From positions 32,001 to 96,000 of the forward strand of contig JBMFRC010000006.1 of assembly GCA_049968235.1 (NCBI GenBank): a DNA stretch of 64,000 nucleotides. The letters are read 5' to 3'. Within the stretch, counting starts at the first letter, position 1, and the number at the start of each line of letters is the position of its first letter. Origin of the DNA: Candidatus Hydrogenedens sp. Lineage in GTDB: Bacteria; Hydrogenedentota; Hydrogenedentia; Hydrogenedentales; Hydrogenedentaceae. Below, piece after piece: positions 39,392 to 49,300 of the stretch. The notes beneath the pieces are model-generated. The model did not search any database, was not told where the DNA came from, and worked only from the letters and a program-made list of their open reading frames with translations. The translations under genes were made by a program, and so were the position numbers.

Positions 39392-39545
39392 TATTATTGT
39401 TATTGCACTACACCCGCAAAAATATTTAACTTGTATTTATTCTTAAAAAAATTTCTTTTTTACTTTTCTATTTATTACTTTGATTTTTTTGTCTTTTTTC
39501 TTGTAGAATTAAGGCTTAATTCAAAAGAGGAAAGTTAGAGTAAAA

Positions 39546-39884
39546 ATGTTCAATTTTAAAGACATTTCACAGTTAGGTGGTCTCTTAAAAGAGGCTATGC
39601 AAGTTAAACAAAAGATTGAGACTTTAAAAGAAGAATTAGCCAAAGAAATTATTGAAGGCGAATCCGGTGGAGGCATGGTTAAAATTCAAATGAATGGAAA
39701 ATTTGAGGTTCTGAATATATCTATATCTGATGAGGTATTTTCAGAAGGTATGGCGGATAAGTCATTATTAGAAGCACTTATTTTATCCGCTTTTAATGTT
39801 GCTTCCGAAAAAGTCCGTTTGCTTGCAAAAGAGAAAATGAAAGAAATATCAGGTGGTATTGAAATATCAGGATTGATGGATTAG
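39546..39884 (+). CDS. ybaB: Nucleoid-associated protein YbaB/EbfC
   Basis: Length 112 aa. The conserved MQ..Q....L..E and GGG...V..NG segments of the YbaB family. Confidence 0.85.
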   Translation: MFNFKDISQLGGLLKEAMQVKQKIETLKEELAKEIIEGESGGGMVKIQMNGKFEVLNISISDEVFSEGMADKSLLEALILSAFNVASEKVRLLAKEKMKEISGGIEISGLMD

Positions 39885-40831
39885 TGAGAATACTCTTTTT
39901 TGGAACACCCGAAATTGCAATCCCATCATTACAGAAACTCCATAACCATTTTTTTGTTGTTGGGGTTGTCTGTCAACCGGATAAACCAAGTGGGAGGCAT
40001 CTTCGCATTACTCCACCGCCTATTAAAGTAGAAGCTGAAAAATTGGGTATACCCGTTTTTCAACCTGAAAAAGTTAATGATCCTATATATTTACAGCATT
40101 TTAAGAATTTACAACCTGATATTGGCGTTGTTGTGGCTTATGGTAGATTTTTAAAAGAAGAATTACTATCATTGCCCAAATCAGGATATTTTCTTAATTT
40201 ACATCCCAGCCTTCTTCCGCGATGGAGAGGACCTTCCCCCATACAAACTGCGATACTTGAAGGTGATACGGAAACGGGGGTAACAATTATGAAAATTTCT
40301 ATGGAAATGGATGCCGGAGATATTTTGTTGCAAAAATCTACATCTATTGATATTAATGAAACCGCAGAAGAACTTACTCATAGGTTATCCATAATGGGTG
40401 CGGATTTGTTAATACAATCTATCCATTTAATTGCAGAAAATAAAGCGGTATTTACCCCTCAGGACCATTCAAAGGCAACTTATTGTCATCTCATTGAAAA
40501 AAAACACGGTATTATACATTGGGAGTTACCGGCGTTGACAATACATAATTGCGTTCGTGGCTGCCTCCCCTGGCCCGTGGCTTTTACAAAATTTAAAGGT
40601 GAAATTATACGGATATATAAAACCGAATTAATATCTGGAAGTCAAAATTATAATGATGTAAAATCGGGCACCGTAGTAGAAATAAAAAAAGATAAATGTA
40701 TTGTAAAAACAGGAAAAGGATTGATAGGCATTTGTGTGCTTCAAGCACCAAACAGAAAACCCTTAACTTTTCGTGAATATATAAATGGCAAACCTATATG
40801 TATAGGTGATATTTTTGAGGATGCGTTGTAA
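39884..40831 (+). CDS. fmt: Methionyl-tRNA formyltransferase
   Basis: MRILFFGTPE N-terminus, formyltransferase core, and C-terminal domain. Length 315 aa. Confidence 0.9.
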   Translation: MRILFFGTPEIAIPSLQKLHNHFFVVGVVCQPDKPSGRHLRITPPPIKVEAEKLGIPVFQPEKVNDPIYLQHFKNLQPDIGVVVAYGRFLKEELLSLPKSGYFLNLHPSLLPRWRGPSPIQTAILEGDTETGVTIMKISMEMDAGDILLQKSTSIDINETAEELTHRLSIMGADLLIQSIHLIAENKAVFTPQDHSKATYCHLIEKKHGIIHWELPALTIHNCVRGCLPWPVAFTKFKGEIIRIYKTELISGSQNYNDVKSGTVVEIKKDKCIVKTGKGLIGICVLQAPNRKPLTFREYINGKPICIGDIFEDAL

Positions 40832-40832
40832 A

Positions 40833-42164
40833 ATGGCTAATGTAGATATTGTCCGTGCTGCTGTAATAAATACTTTATTACGATGGGAGGATGGGAAATT
40901 ACCTATTGACGAATGTATATCAAGGACGCTTCGTCGCAAAACATATAGCACACGTGGGCGTCGTTTTTTTGCATATTTAGTATATGGTACGATTCGTAAT
41001 CTGGATTTACTTGACCACATTATTTCCCAATATTTCAAAAATTCTCTCGATGAACTTCCACGACCTATACTTTATATTTTAAGAATTGCCGTTTTTCAGA
41101 TTTATTTTTGTGATATTGTTACAACACCGGCAGCGGTTCACACCTCAGTGGACCTTGCACGCACCTTTGGACATGCTGGTTTAGCCCGTATGGTAAATGC
41201 AGTGCTTCGGAAACTTCCCGATAATTTTGATGAGATTCCTATTCCATCAAAGGAAGAAGACCTTTTTGGTTATTTATCTATTCGTTATTCTATTCCCAAA
41301 TGGATTTTACAAGAATTTGCACAGAGATTTGGAGAGGAACAACTTGAAGATTTTGCTTTATCCGTTTCTGAAATTCCTTTCCTCTCTATACGAACCAATA
41401 CGATGTTAACAAATCGTGAAGAATTGAAAAAAAGATTAAAAAAGATTGGGATTGAAGCACAACCCGTAACACCGATTCCGGAAGAATTATCTTTAAATTC
41501 TACTTATCTTCTAACGGATTGTCCTTTGATGCGTCAGGGTTTATATACAATACAAGACCCTGCTTCCATGCTTAGTGTCCATGCACTAAATCCCCAGGCG
41601 GATGACATAATTTTGGATATTTGTTCTGCTCCAGGAACAAAAACAACCCATATTGCCGAATTCACACGCAATCAATCAAAAATATTCTCAATTGAAATCC
41701 ATCCGGGAAGAATACAGCGAATCTATGAAAATATTCATCGATTAAAATGTGAAAATATATTCCCTATTTGTTCAAGTGGTACCTATCTCCCCTTTCCGGA
41801 TGAGACCTTTGATAGAATTTTGGTAGATGCTCCATGTTCCGGATTAGGGACTTTACGAAGGAATCCAGACATTAAATATAACATTAAACAGGAATCTTTG
41901 CAAAGATTATCAAAATTGCAAAAGGCTATTCTCACAGAAGCATGTAGAGTTTGTAAAAAAAATGGTGTAATTGTATATTCTGTGTGTACCTTTACAACAG
42001 ACGAAACCTTAAATGTAGTGAATGAATTTATTGAAGAAAAAAAATTAATTCCTATAAATGCACCGGAGTTACTTGACCCGTGGAAAATTCAGACAGGACA
42101 GTATCAAACAATTCCAAAAAATCTCTGGGACGGCTTCTTCTTGACGGTATTTCAAAAGCCATAG
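40833..42164 (+). CDS. rsmB: 16S rRNA (cytosine967-C5)-methyltransferase RsmB (Sun)
   Basis: NusB-like N-terminal domain, the SAM-binding motif DICSAPGTKT, and the catalytic VDAPCSGLGTLRRNPD. Start set to the ATG (MANVD) 2 nt after the fmt stop; the track start overlaps fmt by 26 nt. Confidence 0.85.
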   Translation: MANVDIVRAAVINTLLRWEDGKLPIDECISRTLRRKTYSTRGRRFFAYLVYGTIRNLDLLDHIISQYFKNSLDELPRPILYILRIAVFQIYFCDIVTTPAAVHTSVDLARTFGHAGLARMVNAVLRKLPDNFDEIPIPSKEEDLFGYLSIRYSIPKWILQEFAQRFGEEQLEDFALSVSEIPFLSIRTNTMLTNREELKKRLKKIGIEAQPVTPIPEELSLNSTYLLTDCPLMRQGLYTIQDPASMLSVHALNPQADDIILDICSAPGTKTTHIAEFTRNQSKIFSIEIHPGRIQRIYENIHRLKCENIFPICSSGTYLPFPDETFDRILVDAPCSGLGTLRRNPDIKYNIKQESLQRLSKLQKAILTEACRVCKKNGVIVYSVCTFTTDETLNVVNEFIEEKKLIPINAPELLDPWKIQTGQYQTIPKNLWDGFFLTVFQKP

Positions 42165-43204
42165 TTAACACAGTTCTATTTTTCTTTAATCTTTTTCTGT
42201 GGTTAATTCAATGGTCGTTGGCACTACTTGTCTTTATAGCGGTTATGGCAGGTTCAGGGTATTATATATACACACAAGCTCTAAGTGGTGGAAAGTATAT
42301 CATCGTTCCTAAAATTACCGATATGCCGGTTATGGAAGCATCGAAAAAACTTTTTGAAGTAGGATTGGAATTAGGTCCTTATATACCAGTTACACACGAT
42401 ACAATACCCAAATACTATGTTATTAGCCAAAAACCGGAACCTGGGAAAGTTGTTCGATTAGGTAGAAAAGTATTTCCCGTAGTAAGTGCTGGTCCACCTA
42501 ATGAAAAAGTCCCTGATTTAAGAGGCAAAACCCTTGACGAGGCTCAAAAATTAATTGAATATAATAGTAGATTTAAATTAGGAAACATTGCACGAATTAA
42601 TCGTGATGAACCAGCAGAAACAGTTATTTCTCAGGACCCTCCACCCGACACAGAAGCGACGCAGGGAACATTTATAAATTTACTTATAAGTGCAGGAACA
42701 CAAACGGAAACAATAATAATGCCTAATATTGTAGGGAAAAACATACAGGAAGTAGAAGAACTGTTAAAACCTTATGATATCAAATTAGTCCCCAATATAG
42801 TTGATTCCCCCAGTTCCCCGGAAAATATCGTAATAGAACAGGACCCACCTGCGGATACACCTATTGTCCGTGGACAAATGGTAGTTTATACCATTAAATC
42901 CACAGGAACCGCTCCCCTACCGGATGCGCGTTATCAAACTGAAGTTACTTATACTATGAATGATGATTGGGCTGTAAAAGAAGTTCGTGTTGAACTGGTG
43001 GACCGACATGGAAATCGCGAAATTTTATGGCAGAAACCACGATTATATGATACACTTTCACAAATTCGATATGTTCGAGGAACACCGTTAAATATCAAGG
43101 TTACTTATGTAAGTAAAGCAATGGTGGAAATATTTGTTGATGAAGTTAAAGTAGCATCTTTTGAATTAGAAGGAGGAAATCCTCCAAAATTGTTGCAACC
43201 TTAA
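42080..43204 (+). CDS. Stand-alone PASTA-domain membrane protein (three PASTA repeats plus a C-terminal beta domain; no kinase or PBP domain)
   Basis: N-terminal TM helix, then three repeats of the PASTA pattern (VPKITDMPVMEASKKL..., VPDLRGKTLDEAQKLI..., MPNIVGKNIQEVEELL...). The start is uncertain; the ORF overlaps the rsmB 3' end by 85 nt. Confidence 0.6.
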   Translation: MENSDRTVSNNSKKSLGRLLLDGISKAIVNTVLFFFNLFLWLIQWSLALLVFIAVMAGSGYYIYTQALSGGKYIIVPKITDMPVMEASKKLFEVGLELGPYIPVTHDTIPKYYVISQKPEPGKVVRLGRKVFPVVSAGPPNEKVPDLRGKTLDEAQKLIEYNSRFKLGNIARINRDEPAETVISQDPPPDTEATQGTFINLLISAGTQTETIIMPNIVGKNIQEVEELLKPYDIKLVPNIVDSPSSPENIVIEQDPPADTPIVRGQMVVYTIKSTGTAPLPDARYQTEVTYTMNDDWAVKEVRVELVDRHGNREILWQKPRLYDTLSQIRYVRGTPLNIKVTYVSKAMVEIFVDEVKVASFELEGGNPPKLLQP

Positions 43205-43240
43205 ATGATTGGTAAGATTTAAATTCAGGAGTTATGTAAG

Positions 43241-43906
43241 ATGCTCAATAGAGATAGAAATATCAAGATTTCCCCATCTATCTTATCTTGTGATTTTAGT
43301 AAGATGGGAGAAGAAATTACACAATTAATTGAAGCAGGTGCGGATTATATCCATTTTGATGTAATGGATGGACATTTTGTTCCTAATATTACAATAGGAC
43401 CGCCCATAATTGCTTCCTTGCGAAGATACTGTTCTGTACCAATGGATGTTCATCTTATGATAGATAATCCGGAAGAATATGTTGATTCTTTTGCTGATGC
43501 AGGTGCGGATATAATAACCGTTCATGTTGAAGCAACAAATCATCCTCATCGTTTAATACAACACATTAAAGATATTGGATGTCAGGCGGGCATTGTATTA
43601 AATCCTTCTACTCCCGAAAGTCGTATTGAGTTTTTAGTCGAAGATATAGATATGGTTCTTGTAATGACCGTAAATCCGGGGTTTGGAGGTCAGAAGTTTA
43701 TTCCGGATATGCTTCGTAAAATTAAAGCCATTCGTGCAATGATAGGAGAACGCGATTTAGAAGTAGATGGTGGAATTGATGAAAAAACAGCACCGGAGGT
43801 CATCAAAGCAGGAGCAAATGTTCTCGTCGCAGGTTCCTATGTTTTCAATAATTCCTCTTATAAAGCGTCCATTAAAAAATTAAAAGAAAGTATAAATTTT
43901 ACTTGA
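43241..43906 (+). CDS. rpe: Ribulose-phosphate 3-epimerase
   Basis: [10 protein letters not shown]...[12 protein letters not shown] and the other Rpe motifs. AGGAG RBS. Confidence 0.9.
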   Translation: MLNRDRNIKISPSILSCDFSKMGEEITQLIEAGADYIHFDVMDGHFVPNITIGPPIIASLRRYCSVPMDVHLMIDNPEEYVDSFADAGADIITVHVEATNHPHRLIQHIKDIGCQAGIVLNPSTPESRIEFLVEDIDMVLVMTVNPGFGGQKFIPDMLRKIKAIRAMIGERDLEVDGGIDEKTAPEVIKAGANVLVAGSYVFNNSSYKASIKKLKESINFT

Positions 43907-43979
43907 CTTTAAACTTTTATTAGTGTATATTATATTTAGAGTTTTTAGTGAAAAATAAACTAAAAAAAGGGTAAATTTT

Positions 43980-45140
43980 ATGAGAAGATTTTTCTTAATA
44001 GCTGTAACAATAATCATCACAAGTTTTCTATTCGGCTGTCCTTACAATGGTGTAATCAAAGATGGTGTTGTAATTGTTGACCAGTTACCTGGTGTAACCG
44101 TTTCTTCCGTTTCACCAGACCAGATTGTCTTAAATTCACAAGGGTCAGTTCCTGTAACAACGGGAGACATTATAATTGGTCAATATGGTGATACGGGTTA
44201 CCTTCGTAAGGTTACCGCAGTAGGACAAAAAGGTACAGAGGTTGTTGCTGTAACTGAGCCTGCTTCTTTAGAAGATGCCATTCAAGAAGGTATGTTGATG
44301 ACCAGTGTTAAGTTTGATGTAAATGATTATGTAAAAGCAGGTGTTTTACCCAAAGATGCAAAAGCGACTATAGTAAATTTTAGTGGGAAAGAAATTTATC
44401 GTGGAAATGGCATACGAATCACTGTAGACAAGGGTATATTGGATTGCACTCCACAGGTTGCAATTGTAGCAGACTATAAAGATTTTAAATTGAGGAAATT
44501 TGACTTAACAACAACGGGAACTATTACGCTTACTTTAGACCTTAAAATTGCTCTGGATAATGGAACACCAATCTCTCAGGAATGGGATATTATTCCACCA
44601 ATAATTCATCCTTTTGCGGCAAGTATTGGACCTGTTCCTGTTTACGGTCGCGTAACATTACGTTTCCCATTTGGATTATATGGACAGATGACTGGTGATA
44701 CAAGTGTGAAATCTGGTTTTGATATAAAAGATAATTTCACATTGAAGGCAGTATATGATACAGGCAGTTGGGATGGGTCAAAAGCAGATTTATTTAATTT
44801 CACTTTTGATGGACATCCACTTACATGGAATATTGATATAGGTGGTACTGCTCAAGCATATATTAAAGCCATAGTTGAGTTAACTCTCTATGAATCAGCA
44901 GAAGCAGTAATATTTGCTAAGCCGTATATCACATCGAATATCCATGTATTTCCTTCTCCTGCAAGTATCGAGATTATTGGCGGTGTGGATGCAGGTGCGT
45001 ATGCAGGTTTAAGTGTATTGGGACATAATATAATTGGCAAGAGTTTCTACTGGAATGGTCCCAGTAAGTTATTATATAGAGGTGTTCAGGACTATTCTGA
45101 CCCATTACCTTGGACAAGTGGTTCTATAGATTTGTGGTAA
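43980..45140 (+). CDS. Hypothetical lipoprotein (function unknown)
   Basis: Signal peptide with a lipobox (SFLFGC). No recognisable catalytic motifs. Followed by a strong terminator. Confidence 0.5.
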   Translation: MRRFFLIAVTIIITSFLFGCPYNGVIKDGVVIVDQLPGVTVSSVSPDQIVLNSQGSVPVTTGDIIIGQYGDTGYLRKVTAVGQKGTEVVAVTEPASLEDAIQEGMLMTSVKFDVNDYVKAGVLPKDAKATIVNFSGKEIYRGNGIRITVDKGILDCTPQVAIVADYKDFKLRKFDLTTTGTITLTLDLKIALDNGTPISQEWDIIPPIIHPFAASIGPVPVYGRVTLRFPFGLYGQMTGDTSVKSGFDIKDNFTLKAVYDTGSWDGSKADLFNFTFDGHPLTWNIDIGGTAQAYIKAIVELTLYESAEAVIFAKPYITSNIHVFPSPASIEIIGGVDAGAYAGLSVLGHNIIGKSFYWNGPSKLLYRGVQDYSDPLPWTSGSIDLW

Positions 45141-45160
45141 ATCAAAATTGAAAATTTTAA

Positions 45161-45200
45161 AAATGTGACTTGAACAAAGGGTTCAGGTCACATTTTTTAT
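45161..45200 (+). terminator. Strong rho-independent terminator after the lipoprotein gene
   Basis: A 15-bp stem (AAATGTGACTTGAAC / GTTCAGGTCACATTT, one G-U pair), a 5-nt loop AAAGG, then TTTTTTATT. It overlaps the TTG start the ORF track gives the next gene. Confidence 0.6.
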
Positions 45201-45226
45201 TATTGAATAGATTGTTGTTTGTGGCT

Positions 45227-46333
45227 ATGCCGTGTAAAAAAATCTTTTGTATATTTATTTTTTCTATCCTATTTTTTCGCTTCTCTTTTTCAGCACAAGG
45301 ACAATATCATTCTTCTGATTATTTGGAACCCCATTTTGTTATTCAATTACCTGAATTACTCCGTTTGGTGCAAATTTATAATTTTGGTTCTTATCATTGC
45401 GACAGTTCATCCGAAGACGGTTACGCACTTGGAAATGGTGATACATCCTGCAAACCTCATAGTTCGGATTATAATCCACAGGATTGGACTATATCTTTTC
45501 AAGAGGTATTACGATTGGCTCAATTTTACAAATCCAGCTCGTATCATATTGATTTATCAGGAGAAGATGGCTTTCAGCCGGGGAATGAAACTGAACCTGT
45601 TCCGGGAACAGAAAAAACTTTTTTAGGGATTCCTTTCGTTTGGATTCCTTCGGGGTCCTTTTACATGGGAACAACAAAAAGTTCAACGGAATTAGTTCAA
45701 TTATATGGCGGAAGTTCCTCTTTATATAGTTCTGAATATCCACAACATTTGGTTGCTATCTCTAACGGTTTTTGGATGAGCCAGACTGAAATTACACAAA
45801 AACAATGGACAGATATAATGGGATACAATCCATCAAATAATATAGGTGCCAATCTCCCTGTAGAAAATTTATCGTGGAATGAATGCCAGAAATTTATTGA
45901 AAAACTTAATAAATTAGGAAATGGGATATTTCGTTTGCCTACTGAAGCCGAATGGGAATATGCGTGTCGTGCAGGTTCTAATTCTGAATTTTGTTTCGGT
46001 GATGATGCAGAACAATTAGACAATTACGGATGGCATTTTTATAATAGTAACTATCAAACACATCCTGTAAAACAAAAATTACCCAATGTATGGGGATTAT
46101 ATGATATGCATGGAAATGTATGGGAATGGTGTCAGGACTGGTATGATACTGAGTATTATCAATACTCCCCTACTCTTGACCCTACTGGACCTGCAACAGG
46201 TAAATATAAAGTTTTACGAGGAGGCACATGTTTACGGACATCTGCCCGTTGTAGGTCTGCTTTTCGTTCATGGAATATACCCGATTTAACTATGGCTGAC
46301 CAAGGATTTAGAATATGCAGAATTTCCGATTAA
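45227..46333 (+). CDS. Secreted FGE-sulfatase (SUMF1/formylglycine-generating enzyme) domain protein with two N-terminal ~47-aa repeats
   Basis: C-terminal FGE-fold motifs (GNVWEWCQDWY, RGGTCLRTSARCRSAFR). A signal peptide from the ATG (MPCKKIFCIFIFSILFF...SFSAQG). The start was moved from the track TTG at 45170, which lies inside the terminator hairpin. The N-terminal repeats are shared with the next gene. Confidence 0.7.
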   Translation: MPCKKIFCIFIFSILFFRFSFSAQGQYHSSDYLEPHFVIQLPELLRLVQIYNFGSYHCDSSSEDGYALGNGDTSCKPHSSDYNPQDWTISFQEVLRLAQFYKSSSYHIDLSGEDGFQPGNETEPVPGTEKTFLGIPFVWIPSGSFYMGTTKSSTELVQLYGGSSSLYSSEYPQHLVAISNGFWMSQTEITQKQWTDIMGYNPSNNIGANLPVENLSWNECQKFIEKLNKLGNGIFRLPTEAEWEYACRAGSNSEFCFGDDAEQLDNYGWHFYNSNYQTHPVKQKLPNVWGLYDMHGNVWEWCQDWYDTEYYQYSPTLDPTGPATGKYKVLRGGTCLRTSARCRSAFRSWNIPDLTMADQGFRICRISD

Positions 46334-49300
46334 TATTCATTTTTCTATCTGGAGTATTTCTTTTTCACACATCCTCTTCTGGACATAATATAGGTATCTC
46401 TTCCTTATATTTTGAACCCAACCATAATCGTTTTGTTTCCGATGTGTTTTATTTTTCCATAGGAAATACTGTTTCTGTAGCATGTTATCAAAATGCTCTT
46501 GTGTTTTTTACATACAATTCTCAAGAATATTACAGAGTCGTTTTTCCTAAAGGTAAGCCTAAAGAAATTACAGGCAATATCCCTCTTCCATCATATTCAA
46601 CATATTTCTATGGGACGAATTCTACTCCTGCAATAGCAGTCCATTATAAAGCAGTTATATATAAAGAAATATTTCCGGGTATCGACTTATATTTATATGA
46701 AAAAGGAGGTAATTTTAAGTTCGATTTTATCGTTCATCCCGATTCAAAACCCGATGCGATTAGTATTAATTTTGAAACTCTCGATATACATAAGCAAAAG
46801 TGGATTTCTAAGAATCCTGAAATTGATGAAAACATTATTCGAATTGTCCACGATAATGTAAAACTAGATTTTTATGCCCCTTGTGCCTTTCAATGGATAA
46901 ATGGAATATCCCACAAAATACCTATTCGTTTATCGTATGACAATGGGGTGAAATTTTATATTCCTGAATCCTCATACAATCCCAATTATCCATTGCTTAT
47001 TGACCCTACTTTGTTGGCGGGCACATATTTGGGAGGGAATAATACCGACAAGATTATTGATGTAAAAACAGATACTGCAGGTAGCATCTATTTAGTTGGT
47101 GAAACAAAATCGCTTAATTTTCCTACCAGTGCTGGTTCTCTTCAAACAAACTATTCTGGTGGAGATATAACAGGAGATATATTTATTGCAAAATTAAATC
47201 CTCTTGCCAATTATCCCCTCTTTTCCACATTTTTGGGTGGTTCCGGGGATGATAGTGCCACAGCAATTAGAATTGATGAGCAAAGAAATATATATATAAC
47301 AGGGATAACTTCTTCTTCGGATTTTCCTACAACGACAAATGCCTATCAAACAACAAAAGCAGGTGGAAGAGATGCTTTTATTACAAAAATCAATTCAGAT
47401 GCTACCGAATTAATCTATAGTTCTTACATAGGAGGCAGTGGTGATGAAAGCATAATGGATTTCACTTTTCTTCCCGATAATAATATTGTTCTAACAGGCT
47501 GGACACAATCATCGGATTTTCCCATAACCGGAAGTTCTTCATTAAATTCTATGTTTAGCGGTGGAGGACTGGACGGATTTTTGTTTAAATGTAATTCATC
47601 ATTTCAACCTATATGGAGTGGTTTTATAGGAACAGCCGGTATAGATGTTTGTAAAACAATAGTAAATTTTGGTGGTGATATTATTTTAAGTGGATACACA
47701 TCCTCAATGAATTTTCCAACTACGCAGGGCGTATTTCAGATTTCTTATGGAGGTGGAAATTACGATTCATTTATAATGAAACTATCAGGTAATAATGCAT
47801 CTACAATATCTTCTTCTTATTTTGGGGGAAGTCTAATTGACCTATGTCAGGCTTTGATTTGTGATAGTTATGGAAACATATACATCACAGGAGAGACATC
47901 TTCCACCAACTTTCCAGTTAGTATCACATCGTTTCAGATTGGATATGGTGGTGGAGAAAGAGATGCTTTTGTTAGTAAACTATCTCCCAATTTAGACCAG
48001 ATAATTTTCAGTACTTATTTAGGAGGAAGTAAGACAGAATCAGGGCTCGGAATCGAATTGGACACATTATCACGAGTATATGTTGTTGGTTATACATATT
48101 CAGGAGATTTCCCTGTAATACCTGGGACATTACAACCTTTATATGGTGGTAATCAGGATGCATTTTTTGCATGCTTGAACCCTAATGGAAATACATTACA
48201 ATATAGTACTTTTTATGGAGGTAAAGGAGAAGAAAAAGCAAGGTCTGTCTATATTTCTAATTCCAATGTAATGTATACAGTAGGAGAAACTGCATCCAAT
48301 CTACTACCTATAACATCAGGGACTTTCCAGACAAGTTTTGGAGGAGGAACACTCGATGGTTTTCTCGCCTGTATTGATGTATCACCTCCTACAAATGAGG
48401 GAGAAGGACAAATAGAAGGGAATATTGAAGGAACCCCAGAAGGTTCGTTAGAAGGTGAAGGTTTAAGGGTATGGACAATAGCACCTGTGGAACGGGTTGT
48501 AACAGAAGGAGCAACAACTACTTTCATTATTGGTGTATCCGGTTATGTGGGAACTGTAAATTATCAATGGCAATTTAAGAGTATCATTGGAGAAGAATAT
48601 ATTCCTATTTTTAACAGCAATAGTCCTATGTTAACGTTGCGTAATATTCAATTTTCATCTTCTGGCTATTATCGATGTAGGGTAAGTGATTCTTTAGGGA
48701 CAGTATTCTCTTCTCCTTTCAAATTAACAGTTCTACAAAGTTTAGAAGGCTCAACAGAGGGGTTATTAGAAGGAAATATAGAAGGTATTATTGAAGGAAG
48801 TGCAGAAGGAACTACAGAAGGTTTATTAGAGGGAGTAGAAGAAGGGATACTAGAAGGCATTTCAGAAGGTTCAAATGAAGGGATTCTTCTTGAAGGTGAG
48901 GGTATAATAGAAGAAGGTCTAATGGAAGGTGAAGGTGCTTATTATCCCTGTGGTTTTGAGATAAATGGAAATGAAACTCATAGTCTCTTAAAAGATAAGG
49001 CTCAAAATCTTTATTATATTTATGTGCCTAATGAAGGGACATTAAACGACCTTATTGTTAATATTTCACTAACCCATGATAATTTACAGCAGATATTAAT
49101 TCAAATTGTATCCCCCTATGGAACAGAAGTTTTTCTACTGATTTATCCAGCACAAGGCGGAACTTCACTACAAAATACAAACTTTGACGATAATGCGGAA
49201 ATAAGTATAAGTGATGGAGTTAGTCCTTTTACAGGTAGTTACAAACCTGTGGGATATCTGGGAGTTTTACGAGGAGAAAATTTACAAGGTACATGGATGT

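Noticed and set aside
45170-45226. TTG start at 45170 for the FGE-domain gene (ORF track).
   Set aside because: It lies inside a 15-bp terminator stem. The downstream ATG at 45227 gives a proper signal peptide.
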